Part shown: piece after piece, positions 1-9,645 of the stretch
How the letters are laid out: every line of letters begins with the position of its first letter
How positions within the stretch are numbered: position 1 is the stretch's first letter
IMG/VR virus record: IMGVR_UViG_2545824712_000011
Direction: 5' to 3' (one strand)
DNA length: 39,625 bases
Source of the DNA: a virus
Lineage: Duplodnaviria > Heunggongvirae > Uroviricota > Caudoviricetes
The notes under the pieces: model-generated
The model's database searches: none
The model's input: the letters and a program-made list of their open reading frames with translations, nothing else
Told to the model about the DNA's origin: nothing
Position numbers and translations under genes: made by a program

Positions 1-327
1 CTACTTTTTTGCACGCCCATATTCAACGGCTTCTTTAAGGAGTTCATTTTCCATCGTTTTTTTGCCGAGCAGGCGCTGGAGTTCTTTAATCTGCTTCATG
101 GCAGCAGCAAGTTCAGAGGCAGGAACGACCTGTTCTCCTGCGGCCACAGCAGTAAGACTTCCCTCCTGGTATTGCTTGCGCCAGAGAAATAACTGGCTGG
201 CTGCCACACCGTGTTGCCGGGCAACAAGGGAGACCGTCATTCCCGGTTCAAAACTCTGCTGAACAATAGCGATCTTTTCCTGTGTAGTACGCCGTCTGCG
301 TTTCTCCGGTCCTAAGACATCAATCAT
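1..327 (-). CDS. insC: IS2 transposase OrfA (InsC); 3' end coincides with window edge
   Basis: Translation [56 protein letters not shown]... matches IS2 InsC as recalled; A6G slippery run sits just before the apparent TAG at the window edge. Confidence 0.85.
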
Positions 328-418
328 CTGCTCTCCAATGACTAGTCTAAAAACTAGTATTAAGACTATCACTTATTTAAGTGATATTGGTTGTCTGGAG
401 ATTCAGGGGGCCAGTCTA
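1..418 (-). mobile_element. IS2 (IS3 family) terminal segment; element continues beyond window start
   Basis: 381-418 is the reverse complement of the IS2 end TAGACTGGCCCCCTGAATCTCCAGACAACCAATATCAC; followed by IS2 orfA reading toward the window start. Confidence 0.9.
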
Positions 419-2217
419 GATGCCTGATGTAATGCTGAAAGTTTAGTGCCATTAGAGCCTGTCTGATAACCAATACCTGTATGTTCACCATAGAATCTTG
501 AATGATATTTACTCCCTCTAACGTAGTCATCAGCGATAGAACTACCGCTTGTTTGCTTTATGAATTTGAACCCATCACAAATATCAAACCCACGGCATTG
601 ATACTGGCTTAACTCGTCAGATGTATTCTTAAGAAGGGTAATCCCTTTGTGTGCCCGAACATATCCAGATGATATCCTAACTTGTGTTGGTCCATTCTGT
701 TCATTAGTTGGCAATGATATGAAGTGCGTCACACCTACCGCATTGTCTTCCTTAAGATCGCATGAGATATTTGACAACTCCATTAGCGAAGTAGCATCCT
801 GCTGAACTATATCTGTAAAATCTAAGCAATGATCTCCTGTGACACCCTCAATACCTAGACCATCAATACTTAAAGATCTAAATTGATAGAACTTATGTGG
901 TAATTTACATCCATCCGACGCGATATTTGTGGCCTTAACATACATCAATGGGTAAGGACTGTTCACCGGATCATATGTTGTTCTATCAATAGCCGCGCCC
1001 CACAGATATCCGTAGTCACAATGCCTTGCCCAGTTGGAAGAGAATGTAGTAGATGTGCCAGCCAAACCGAAACCATAGATACAATCATATGCTTGGTTGT
1101 TTGTAACATTACTGACAAAGCATGATAAGGGAAGTGCAAATTTATAATGTAGAAATATGTTATTTTTAATATCATATTCACTACCACCGCCAAAAGTTTG
1201 TGTTTGACCAGAAATGACCAATGGGCTACCTGAATATTCATCGTCAGCGTTGCGAAAACACATATTCTTTACTTTAAGATTGTGCCCCCAACTTCCCATA
1301 ACAAAACCACCACTTCCTGATGTATAAACAATACTTTTTTGTGGATTAATCCCATATAGATTTAGACTAATCCCTTCCCATCTAAACTGGCTAATGTCAA
1401 TTTGAGTGTTACCAATATATATAGGCTGGTCTATGAAAACAGGAAGCTTAGTTAGATAAGCTTTATTAAGTGCTAATCCATCATTTGTTACACCTGTTAA
1501 ATCAACGCCACCCATGCTTGGCGCTCTAGGATACCCTGTGGCCTGAATAGTACTCCAGTCAATATATGGAGCATCCATCCACGCTCCAAACATACGTGGT
1601 GTTACGTACCCCTTACCTTGAAGATCACGTTTCCAGCGTTTACCACCCGCAGTGACAATGACCATGCCGTTATCATCTGCAGAAGTAGAATCTGTGAAAT
1701 CGGCCACAAACAGACCACCACCAGTATCACCTGATACTGTCGGCTTCATGCCTGTAGTGTGGAAGTCGACGAAAATCTTTTGCTGATCTCGCTCAGGCTC
1801 AATTGTCCTTAACATTGCTATATCAGGGCATGTCCCGATGTATTTAAGACCGTCTTCCCCTGATAGAGATACTTTAAGCTGATCAGGATCATATTTAAGA
1901 ACATTCGGAAAATAGAACTGCTGTGCACCATATGCATCATAAACAGCCATAGAATGGCCTTGCACAGTTACGAACTTGGCAATCTGTCCGTTATATACAG
2001 GGTAACCAGCAGCGTTAATGATTATTGGTTGCGAAACAGGAACATGAGAACCGTCTTCATTCTCTACATAAACCTGAATCCGGTTTTCAGGATTTACCGG
2101 GTCAGTGTCAATTTTCCCGATATAAATTTCGCCATTGGCTACGGCTTTAAAAGAACGCGCCATAGTGAAAAGTTGCGAAGGCATCGATACGATCACATTG
2201 GCTGTAATGTCTGTCAT
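403..2217 (-). CDS. Tailspike protein: P22/Sf6/HK620-type N-terminal head-binding domain plus divergent receptor-binding domain; 3' end replaced by IS2
   Basis: N-terminus [59 protein letters not shown]... matches tailspike head-binding domains; last four to five codons and the stop are IS2-derived (IS2 end at 418). Confidence 0.85.
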   Translation of the reverse strand: MTDITANVIVSMPSQLFTMARSFKAVANGEIYIGKIDTDPVNPENRIQVYVENEDGSHVPVSQPIIINAAGYPVYNGQIAKFVTVQGHSMAVYDAYGAQQFYFPNVLKYDPDQLKVSLSGEDGLKYIGTCPDIAMLRTIEPERDQQKIFVDFHTTGMKPTVSGDTGGGLFVADFTDSTSADDNGMVIVTAGGKRWKRDLQGKGYVTPRMFGAWMDAPYIDWSTIQATGYPRAPSMGGVDLTGVTNDGLALNKAYLTKLPVFIDQPIYIGNTQIDISQFRWEGISLNLYGINPQKSIVYTSGSGGFVMGSWGHNLKVKNMCFRNADDEYSGSPLVISGQTQTFGGGSEYDIKNNIFLHYKFALPLSCFVSNVTNNQAYDCIYGFGLAGTSTTFSSNWARHCDYGYLWGAAIDRTTYDPVNSPYPLMYVKATNIASDGCKLPHKFYQFRSLSIDGLGIEGVTGDHCLDFTDIVQQDATSLMELSNISCDLKEDNAVGVTHFISLPTNEQNGPTQVRISSGYVRAHKGITLLKNTSDELSQYQCRGFDICDGFKFIKQTSGSSIADDYVRGSKYHSRFYGEHTGIGYQTGSNGTKLSALHQASRLAP

Positions 2218-2271
2218 TTAATTTGCTCCAGATACAAGGAATCGCCGCAGCATGGCTACGGTGAATTTTGG

Positions 2272-2300
2272 GCATAAAAAAACCCAGCCGAAGCTGGGTT
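2272..2300 (-). terminator. Intrinsic terminator between ant and tailspike gene
   Basis: Minus strand reads ACCCAGC-TTCG-GCTGGGT followed by TTTTTTTAT. Confidence 0.6.
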
Positions 2301-2317
2301 GTCGCGTTGGTTATCTG

Positions 2318-3253
2318 TCAGTAGTTATGTACTGAAGGAGGTAATTCTTTATTCTTAAGTCTCATCCATGCGGAAAGATTCGTTGGTCCGTCTGGCTCAT
2401 TGATATCAACATCGCGTGTGTGATTGATTAAAACGTCTCTCGCCATTCCGATAACATACGAGAATTCATGACCGTAGTCGTAGCATCTGCCGGAATAGTT
2501 CGATTGAATTTGTTTTAATGCCGGATACAGTTCGCGGAATAATGCCTGTGAGCGGTTAGCATAATCCCATAACCATACAAGGCTGTTTGCTTCTTTTGCA
2601 GAAAGCTCGTTGGTTTTCTTCTCTTGTTTGCCAATGAACTCACCTTCAAGTGGAACTCGAGCTGCAAGTGATAGTGCTTCGGTAAACTGCTCCTCACTGA
2701 TTTCTTTGTACGAACATCCAAAATGGGATTTCAGTGACGACCACATGGTGATCATCGCCTTAGCCTGTTTTTCTTTTGGCAGAGACTGACCGCGACTCAT
2801 GACGAGTTGTTTAATGGCTTCCTGCTGTTCAGTGGTGATTTTACCCGGCAACGCCTTTTTAGCTTTGCGTGGGTTAACTACATGACCTTTAGTCCAGTAG
2901 TCATGCAGCACGCTAAAGCATTCTTCCTGGTACTGAATCAGTTTATCACGGATGTCAGCACGAACTTTCTCAGGGTTGATGCTGAACAGCCATCCATTTA
3001 ACTTCTTCAGCGGGATGCATAAAAGCTTACGTAACTTGCCATCAGCAGCAACCATAGAGATATCTCTACAGTTGAATTTGTCCTTCATTTTACGCAACTT
3101 AACAGATTGACCAGTCCAGTCGATACCAATGTTTTCCACAATTTGACGCATCGCTACATAAGTCACTCCGGCAGCCACAGCGGTTAAAATCTGCTGACCA
3201 TTGAAAGGCACGTAAGAGGTGTTCACTGCTTCTAAAATTGCTATACTATTCAT
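2318..3253 (-). CDS. ant: Antirepressor Ant
   Basis: Starts [21 protein letters not shown]... at ATG 3253 with GGAG upstream; position downstream of arc as in P22 immI. Confidence 0.8.
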   Translation of the reverse strand: MNSIAILEAVNTSYVPFNGQQILTAVAAGVTYVAMRQIVENIGIDWTGQSVKLRKMKDKFNCRDISMVAADGKLRKLLCIPLKKLNGWLFSINPEKVRADIRDKLIQYQEECFSVLHDYWTKGHVVNPRKAKKALPGKITTEQQEAIKQLVMSRGQSLPKEKQAKAMITMWSSLKSHFGCSYKEISEEQFTEALSLAARVPLEGEFIGKQEKKTNELSAKEANSLVWLWDYANRSQALFRELYPALKQIQSNYSGRCYDYGHEFSYVIGMARDVLINHTRDVDINEPDGPTNLSAWMRLKNKELPPSVHNY

Positions 3254-3321
3254 GTTGGTTTTTCTCCACGAATTTACCGACAACCGAAGCCCTGACTGTT
3301 CCCGCAGTTGGGGCTTCAACT

Positions 3322-3483
3322 TTACGCGCCAATGCGCCCTTCCTTCTTAAAGCTGTCCATTACTCTCTGATAAATCTCAGAGTTAACAGACCGACCATTC
3401 TCTTCCGCCACCTTGCGTACCAAATCCAATACTTCTTTAGGCCACCGCAAATTGAACTGCGGCATTTTTCTTGCGCCTTGCAT
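3322..3483 (-). CDS. arc: Arc repressor (ribbon-helix-helix)
   Basis: 53 aa [53 protein letters not shown], near-identical to P22 Arc as recalled. Confidence 0.9.
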   Translation of the reverse strand: MQGARKMPQFNLRWPKEVLDLVRKVAEENGRSVNSEIYQRVMDSFKKEGRIGA

Positions 3484-3576
3484 ATTCCACTCCATTCCAT
3501 TAAATGATAGCACCGTACTACTATTGAAAGCGTACTACTACCGTTCTAGCATGTCAACAAATAACAGGAGAGCGAC
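3484..3576. promoter_or_regulatory. immI divergent promoter/operator region (Pant / Pmnt)
   Basis: Intergenic between divergent arc and mnt; contains direct repeat GTACTACTA x2 (CCGTACTACTATTGAAAGCGTACTACTACCG). Confidence 0.55.
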
Positions 3577-3816
3577 GTGGCTAGAAACGATCCACAATTT
3601 AACGTAAGAATGCCAAGTGAAATCAAGCAGCAGCTTACTCACATTGCGGCAACAAACAGGCGCTCTATCAATGCTGAAATCATAGCTGCAATACAGCTAT
3701 GGATTAAGATTAACAGAGAAAAGGTCATACCATCGACATCTCAAGATCTCACAAAAACAGAGAAGGAAGCAATGGATATTGCAATTAGCGTACTTAAGAA
3801 GATTCGAGGCCAATAA
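3577..3816 (+). CDS. mnt: Mnt-like ribbon-helix-helix repressor
   Basis: MARNDPQFNVRMPSEIKQQL... resembles P22 Mnt N-terminus; GTG start with AGGAG 7 nt upstream; divergent from arc. Confidence 0.75.
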   Translation: MARNDPQFNVRMPSEIKQQLTHIAATNRRSINAEIIAAIQLWIKINREKVIPSTSQDLTKTEKEAMDIAISVLKKIRGQ

Positions 3817-4163
3817 TGAGCAGTAAGGAGCAATACTTAAAAGTTACTTTTGAGTCTTTTAGTAATTACTTGACTTCATTCAAAAAAACTTATGTATGCC
3901 CAATATGCAGCAATACAAACTGGACTCTTTTAGCACCTGAGCATCTTAAAAAAGATGATGGTGTTGAAGTTATAGGCCCATCCATACCAGGTAAAAGCTT
4001 GCCTAATAATCCTGTTAATCAAGATACTTATAGCAACGATAGTCTTAACATGGTAGCCATGCAATGCACCACTTGCGGTTTCTTCCACTTTTTTAGTTTA
4101 AACAAAGTTAGTGAAAATATCTCTTCTGGAAAATTCGTAAAGGGTGATGGAGATAATGTTTGA
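3816..4163 (+). CDS. Hypothetical zinc-ribbon protein (CxxC...CxxC), first gene of AT-rich cassette
   Basis: ATG overlaps mnt stop (TAATG); CPIC at residues 28-31 and CTTC at 84-87; about 30-35% G+C by rough count. Confidence 0.6.
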   Translation: MSSKEQYLKVTFESFSNYLTSFKKTYVCPICSNTNWTLLAPEHLKKDDGVEVIGPSIPGKSLPNNPVNQDTYSNDSLNMVAMQCTTCGFFHFFSLNKVSENISSGKFVKGDGDNV

Positions 4164-4656
4164 CCAACATGTTCACAATAAATCACCTAGTATTTATGGA
4201 GATGCTCAAAGCCAACATGAAAACCTTGACTTTGACAAATCGTTATGGAGTTCAATAGAAAACGCTAAATATTCAGAGTATTACAGACCAACTGACAGAA
4301 ATCCGTCAAAGGAACCACAAATATTTAGCCTACAAGAAGAGCAACACAAAGAAGAAGGTCGTGATACCGTGAAACGTTTAGAGCTATACGGGGTTGCAGT
4401 TGCTATCATTGGTTCTATCGTTGCCGCCACATGGACGATTCGAGGCACTATAGATGATAAAGTTGAATCATCACGACAAGAGCTAACAGGAAACATCCAA
4501 ACCAGTAAGGCAGAGATAATGGCTACTATCCAAAACAACCAATCAGTATTACAGTCAAGGATTGATAACACTGATCAAAAATTAGACTCAACAAACCAAT
4601 CTCTTTATAAGGTATTGGCTATATTAGAGTCTCAAAAAGACAAACGTTCTCAATAG
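4144..4656 (+). CDS. Hypothetical single-pass membrane protein with C-terminal coiled-coil-like domain
   Basis: Start overlaps upstream gene (alternative ATG at 4156 overlapping its TGA); hydrophobic segment LELYGVAVAIIGSIVAATWTI; polar heptad-like C-terminal region. Confidence 0.6.
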   Translation: MMEIMFDQHVHNKSPSIYGDAQSQHENLDFDKSLWSSIENAKYSEYYRPTDRNPSKEPQIFSLQEEQHKEEGRDTVKRLELYGVAVAIIGSIVAATWTIRGTIDDKVESSRQELTGNIQTSKAEIMATIQNNQSVLQSRIDNTDQKLDSTNQSLYKVLAILESQKDKRSQ

Positions 4657-4677
4657 TTTCTTGATTTATTACCTATA

Positions 4678-4712
4678 GCTGCATGATTGATGTCTGTTGA
4701 AAATCATGCAGC
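4678..4712. repeat. Perfect 11-bp inverted repeat GCTGCATGATT-N13-AATCATGCAGC
   Basis: Read directly; lies between second and third cassette genes, no T-tract after it. Confidence 0.8.
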
Positions 4713-4736
4713 ATTGATAAATCTAAGGAGATCGGC

Positions 4737-5057
4737 ATGTACATATCGCTCTCTACCATTTTTTTCATCTGCTTAGCTATTTGGCTTTTAAGAATATGGC
4801 AGGATTGCTCTGTCAGCCATGCTGCTGCGGTGAGAAATAAAAACGCCCTCATAAAAGAAGCTGAAAACGTTGTCTTATCAATGGATCACCTTTCATGGAC
4901 CGAGATGACTACAGGGCAACAAGAGGTTTATGAGTGTGCGATTGAGCGGTTAAGGCTGCTTAAATCGTACAAAAAGAACCACGCTCCCGACTCATTCCCA
5001 TTCCTGAAAGAATGGCCGAGATGGTATGACCCGAAAAAAGCAACCATCAACCGCTAA
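4737..5057 (+). CDS. Hypothetical small membrane-anchored protein
   Basis: AAGGAG 8 nt upstream of ATG; N-terminal hydrophobic segment MYISLSTIFFICLAIWLLRIW; stop 8 bp from convergent gp16 stop. Confidence 0.55.
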   Translation: MYISLSTIFFICLAIWLLRIWQDCSVSHAAAVRNKNALIKEAENVVLSMDHLSWTEMTTGQQEVYECAIERLRLLKSYKKNHAPDSFPFLKEWPRWYDPKKATINR

Positions 5058-5065
5058 CCAACTTT

Positions 5066-7069
5066 TTACTGCTGGGCTTGCTCACTTGAAGCCTGAATTA
5101 GAGGTGTAAGAGTTTCAGATACCCGTCTGATCGCTCTATCATAAGCAGTACTTCCTTTTGGCGTGTTTGCTAACTTTAGTAATGCGTTCCTCATCGCGCG
5201 TGACTCATAGCCCCTGCCAGCCATACCGATACCAGCTCCAACTGCCGCAACTTTTGCAAACATTGGATTTGTAACAGACGCAAGAGCTGTTATCAGCGCT
5301 GCTGGACCAGCTACCATTTGCCCTGTTAGTGGGCTTGCGGCAGCAGTAGCTGCCTGTCTAGTGGAATCAAGATATTTCATTATCCCATCAAGCTGTTTCC
5401 CATGCTCTCCTCTGAAGAACGTCTCAGCCTGCTTCCGATTCCTTTTCATTTCATTAATAAACTTCTCAACGCTAAGCTTTCCTGAATCGCTTGTCGCCTT
5501 ATCCATTGCACGCTGAACAAGTGCTGCTCTAGCATTTTGACGCCCACTATCATCAAGCAATCGATAAAGTTGCGCCCTTTCCGCTGGGCTTTGGCTGAAT
5601 ACTAGTTTAGTGACATCTTCTGGCGTTGTTTTACCACTCTGAATAGCTTTTTGGACACGTGTATTGCTCATCATGTCGTTGAACTTTGCCCAAGAACGAT
5701 CAACACGCGACATGTTTTGCGCTTCCTTCGCACCTAGTTTTGCGCCAACCGCTTTTTTCATGTCTGTTGTGTATGCGTTATAAACAGACTGCGCAGCTTT
5801 CTCCAGCGTATCTCTATCGACCTCGTCAGGTGCTGCCATAAAGCGCTTACGTAAGTTTGTACGGTTTTCTCTAGCTAATTGCAGGTTATTTGGACCGCTG
5901 GTGATGTCATTTCTAAACTGTTGAAGGACAGAAACAGCTGAGCGGTCTTGCGATACTCCTGGGCGAGTTAACTTGGAAATCTGCTCATCAATTGCTTTCA
6001 CTGTTCCAGTGATGTCAACAGGAGTATCCCCCATCAAACTGATGATCCTGTCGTACCGCTTGCCAGCAGCCTGAATAAATTGCTGCTGACCACGAGTAGC
6101 TGATTGGTAAAGTTGTGCGTCAGATATTCCACCAACATTATCGCTAAATGTTCTAACTAAATCTTCCCTGGCCTTTTGCTGTGCATTTCTTATCCCACCT
6201 GTTCCGGCTATTGGGATTCGCTCAGCCATAGCTCGTGCTTGCTTACCAATATTTGTTCCCGGTTCCACAAGATCTGTTGTCATCAGTGGCAAGTTGTTCT
6301 GCTTGGCAAAGTCAATCTGAGCTTGTTTTTCAGGAGCAATCTTACCCATAGCAGAACGAGACACTGCGCTTGCGGTGTTTTCTACACCCTTTAGTACCCC
6401 ACCAAGACCAGCAGAAATTGCAGTTTGAACTGGATTAACATTCTCACCGCCAGCGATCTTAGTGGCACCCTGTAAAGCTAAATCAGTAGCGCCTGATTTT
6501 AGTGTTGCACCTACAACAGACGCAGCTCTACCTGCTGGAGTGAATGCAAGAGCATTTGCCAAGAATGACGTTATATCCTGCGGTGACAAACCAGGCTTGT
6601 TAAGTGCATATTCCCCTGAAGGAAGGGTGACTATGGAATTTCCCTTCTCATCCTTCCGGATTTTCCCGCCAATACTTTGCAGTATTTTCTCCTGTGAAGC
6701 GTCGGAACCAAATAGCTGCCCCAATCCAGCACGCAGCGCATCAGTGCTTAAGCTATTAAGCTCTGGAGCAGACCCAACATTTTGCAGTCTCTCCATTTCT
6801 GGTGTCATTCGGCTTTCACCGGTAACGGCATCGCGCATTGCAGCACCTAAAACAGCCCCTTGCTCAGCAGAGCGATCTAGTCCTTCCTTCTGCTGAGTGG
6901 CAAGCTGTGCATATCCTGATGCAAGTGAGTTGTCTGCTGGCGATTGCTGAACACCTTGTTGTGTTGGTGCTGACTGACCAGCAAAATACTCATCAATGGC
7001 GGTGCCAATATCTTCGGTGCTCGTACCATCAGGAAAGGTAAATGTCTTACCGTTTGCAGTTACTTTCAT
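5066..7069 (-). CDS. Ejection (DNA transfer) protein, P22 gp16-like
   Basis: [29 protein letters not shown]... and gene order gp7-gp20-gp16 as in P22; ATG overlaps gp20 stop. Confidence 0.75.
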   Translation of the reverse strand: MKVTANGKTFTFPDGTSTEDIGTAIDEYFAGQSAPTQQGVQQSPADNSLASGYAQLATQQKEGLDRSAEQGAVLGAAMRDAVTGESRMTPEMERLQNVGSAPELNSLSTDALRAGLGQLFGSDASQEKILQSIGGKIRKDEKGNSIVTLPSGEYALNKPGLSPQDITSFLANALAFTPAGRAASVVGATLKSGATDLALQGATKIAGGENVNPVQTAISAGLGGVLKGVENTASAVSRSAMGKIAPEKQAQIDFAKQNNLPLMTTDLVEPGTNIGKQARAMAERIPIAGTGGIRNAQQKAREDLVRTFSDNVGGISDAQLYQSATRGQQQFIQAAGKRYDRIISLMGDTPVDITGTVKAIDEQISKLTRPGVSQDRSAVSVLQQFRNDITSGPNNLQLARENRTNLRKRFMAAPDEVDRDTLEKAAQSVYNAYTTDMKKAVGAKLGAKEAQNMSRVDRSWAKFNDMMSNTRVQKAIQSGKTTPEDVTKLVFSQSPAERAQLYRLLDDSGRQNARAALVQRAMDKATSDSGKLSVEKFINEMKRNRKQAETFFRGEHGKQLDGIMKYLDSTRQAATAAASPLTGQMVAGPAALITALASVTNPMFAKVAAVGAGIGMAGRGYESRAMRNALLKLANTPKGSTAYDRAIRRVSETLTPLIQASSEQAQQ

Positions 7070-8484
7070 CATTCCACCGTAAATTGAATGCCTGATTTTG
7101 AGGTATATGATCCAACCTGACTCCGTGGTTCTCCTGAAGGTGTCGAATCTTGTGCTGGCGCTGCGTCAGTATTCATTGACATATACCGCTTAACGGCACT
7201 CCCCAATGATTCACCTTTTTTAACATCCAACCCCAATATCTGACCGCCATTACGCGATTGTCCAGGGTTGCCATTCGCGCTCATCCACTCGGCTTTAAAC
7301 TCATTAAACTGCGCGTTTCGTCGCTCAAGGTTTGCCATTGCATCAAGCCATCTTGCGACCGTCTCAGGGTTATCCATGTCAGTTGGCGCCCCCTGTCTAA
7401 CGATCTCAACGTCTTTATCCGTTGCTGGGCCGGGAGGTAGGAATTTAAGAACCTGACTGTTAACAAGGGCATTTTGGCGAATGCGCAAATCACGCAATGT
7501 CGTATCGCTTCCGGTAAGTTTTGCGAACATGTTCTGTGCGTTACCGAACAAACCTGTCGTTGGTTTTTCTGCTCTGAACTGTTGAGCAAGCGCACTCATG
7601 GAATTGGCTGAGTTTGATGATGCTGTGGCATTGTTTACAGCCGTCTCGATTCCTTTTTCCATGTTTACTGACAGCTTAGGTGCTTCGCTAATCAACTGCT
7701 GAGCCTTTTCCTGCGCTTGCTGCATCTTAAACCCGAACTCTTGCTGATCCAGAGCCAAGCGTTGTGCTGCGATATTGTGCCCAGTCATTGCTGACTGATA
7801 GGAAAGGTTTTGCCCTCTCGCCTGAAGTGCTTCACCAGCCTGATTGCTGCGGATTGTCTCTGCCAGCCTGCCTCGGTCAATTTCACGACCAGCCATCTTA
7901 TCCTGAACAGCAAACGCCTTTTCTGGTCCAAGCGCACCGAGAGACATAGTAGTCAGCATGTGTGATAGCTGCTCTGGATTCTGGATACCTGTCTGAATCA
8001 TCCAGTCAGCATTAGCACCAACGCGATTTAACCTGTCCTTGTTGTCAGTAATGAATTTACTGTAGGCTTCCGGCCCCTGAGAAAGAGCGACGTTAGCCCT
8101 CATGGCTAAATCGCCCATATCGTTGCGTTGCTGATCATTAAGACCGGAAAACGCCTGTTGTGCCTGTGCAACAAACGCTGGATTTTCCTGGGCAAACTTA
8201 AATAGTCCCGATGGATCACCAGAAGCCCATGCATCAGCGTGAACCTTATTGAACGCACTAATAGCTTTCTGTTGCTGTTCCTGATTGTAAATATCAGCAA
8301 CTCCAGCCAGACCACGTAACGCGGTCAGGCCAACGTTATTTGCACCTGAGCGAGCCAGTTCATTGTTTTCGCGGATCAGACCAAGCGTTGCGTTAATGTC
8401 GCTTGCCTTTGGCGCATTCTCATTTTGCGTACCGATGCCAGCCAGAAAACCACCAGAATTAATACCCTGTTGCCACGTAGCCAT
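7069..8484 (-). CDS. Ejection protein, P22 gp20-like
   Basis: 471 aa, same length and position as P22 gp20. Confidence 0.75.
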   Translation of the reverse strand: MATWQQGINSGGFLAGIGTQNENAPKASDINATLGLIRENNELARSGANNVGLTALRGLAGVADIYNQEQQQKAISAFNKVHADAWASGDPSGLFKFAQENPAFVAQAQQAFSGLNDQQRNDMGDLAMRANVALSQGPEAYSKFITDNKDRLNRVGANADWMIQTGIQNPEQLSHMLTTMSLGALGPEKAFAVQDKMAGREIDRGRLAETIRSNQAGEALQARGQNLSYQSAMTGHNIAAQRLALDQQEFGFKMQQAQEKAQQLISEAPKLSVNMEKGIETAVNNATASSNSANSMSALAQQFRAEKPTTGLFGNAQNMFAKLTGSDTTLRDLRIRQNALVNSQVLKFLPPGPATDKDVEIVRQGAPTDMDNPETVARWLDAMANLERRNAQFNEFKAEWMSANGNPGQSRNGGQILGLDVKKGESLGSAVKRYMSMNTDAAPAQDSTPSGEPRSQVGSYTSKSGIQFTVE

Positions 8485-8494
8485 TGATTACCCC

Positions 8495-9187
8495 TTAAAA
8501 CAACGAGCCAAGCAGACCAAGACCGCCGCCGATCGCAGCCCCCCACGGAGTTGATGAACCAATTAATTTCGCAAGTCCGGCCCCAGCAATAGCACCAGAC
8601 GCACCTCCGCCAATAGCAGATTGCATTGCTGATGGTCTGTTGGCATTTGCCGCTGCAAGAGCCGCACTTTGCTGCGAAATCTGACTCATGTTGTTGGCAT
8701 ATGTTTGCCCGGCGTTTGCCTGTCCCTGAAGAGCGCCAAGACCGATATTTGCCAGGTTGTTGTAATTGTTCATTTGTCCAGATAGCCATTGCTGACCAAG
8801 CGTTGGTGCGATTGTTGCTAACTGATTACTGGTTGCGGTGGAACCCAATCCACCTGTTGCTTCCGCTGCCGCCAGACTCTGATAGCGAGCCTGACCTGCA
8901 AGGTCTTTATACTGCTGAGAGTTGTAATACTGGTTAAGTGCCTGACCTTGCCCCTCCAGAGACGATAAGTTTTCGAGGCTGCCGACATACTTCTCAGCCA
9001 GAGGAGTAAACGGCTTCAGGTTATTCATGATGGTGTTGAACTGCTGATTTTGCAGGTCTGCGGCATACTTCTGAGCTTCTGCTGCATACTTTGCGCTTTT
9101 ATCAGAACTGCCACCTTTCCCGCCTTTTTCAGGGCAATAAGGTTCCTCGCCACGCAGTTTTCTGCCCATCTTAAATGCATATAACAT
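8495..9187 (-). CDS. Ejection protein, P22 gp7-like
   Basis: 230 aa, Gln/Ala/Gly-rich, position between gp14 and gp20. Confidence 0.7.
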   Translation of the reverse strand: MLYAFKMGRKLRGEEPYCPEKGGKGGSSDKSAKYAAEAQKYAADLQNQQFNTIMNNLKPFTPLAEKYVGSLENLSSLEGQGQALNQYYNSQQYKDLAGQARYQSLAAAEATGGLGSTATSNQLATIAPTLGQQWLSGQMNNYNNLANIGLGALQGQANAGQTYANNMSQISQQSAALAAANANRPSAMQSAIGGGASGAIAGAGLAKLIGSSTPWGAAIGGGLGLLGSLF

Positions 9188-9189
9188 GG

Positions 9190-9645
9190 CTATCTCCCGT
9201 GATTCAGGAAGTCGATTAGTTCTTCGCGTGTTGCGCTGTAAAAAGTCACATCATCCACGCCTTTGAAGTATTTCTTGATGGTTCCTACACGCTTAAGGCC
9301 AATCATTGCGCAGTAAATCTGCCCGTGGCGGAATTTGCGTGCGGCGAACGATGTGACGCACTGAACGGTGGTGTTAGTCAGAATGTATCGCCAGAACGCC
9401 AGCCCGATTTCCTTGCTGAAGCCGCGAATCTCTGGCAGGTACATGGCGTGGCAATCGAATGTCAGCGGCTGAATCTCCTGATAGTAAACAATGCCGCCGA
9501 ACTGCCCGTGCACGTTCACCTCAAAGTAACGGCATTCAGGCTTGTAGTCGTATCCATCACCGTTGTTGCTTCCGGCAATAATGTCAGGGTGATTTCCGAC
9601 TGCTTCGATCAGGTCGATGTTTCGCGTTGGTTTGAACTGAATCAT
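9190..9645 (-). CDS. P22 gp14-like virion protein
   Basis: 151 aa; synteny between tail needle and gp7. Confidence 0.6.
   Translation of the reverse strand: MIQFKPTRNIDLIEAVGNHPDIIAGSNNGDGYDYKPECRYFEVNVHGQFGGIVYYQEIQPLTFDCHAMYLPEIRGFSKEIGLAFWRYILTNTTVQCVTSFAARKFRHGQIYCAMIGLKRVGTIKKYFKGVDDVTFYSATREELIDFLNHGR

Noticed and set aside
328-372. N-terminal extension of IS2 OrfA ([15 protein letters not shown]...)
   Set aside because: Known InsC begins at MIDVLGPEK; the extension runs into the terminal inverted repeat.
963-2277. Small ORFs inside and opposite the tailspike gene (963-1241, 1954-2277)
   Set aside because: Embedded in or antisense to the tailspike coding sequence with no independent support.
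6176-8789. Track ORFs antisense or overlapping the ejection-protein genes (for example 6176-6394, 6462-6896, 7258-7595, 8376-8789)
   Set aside because: Fully embedded in or opposite to long, well-supported structural genes; typical shadow ORFs.
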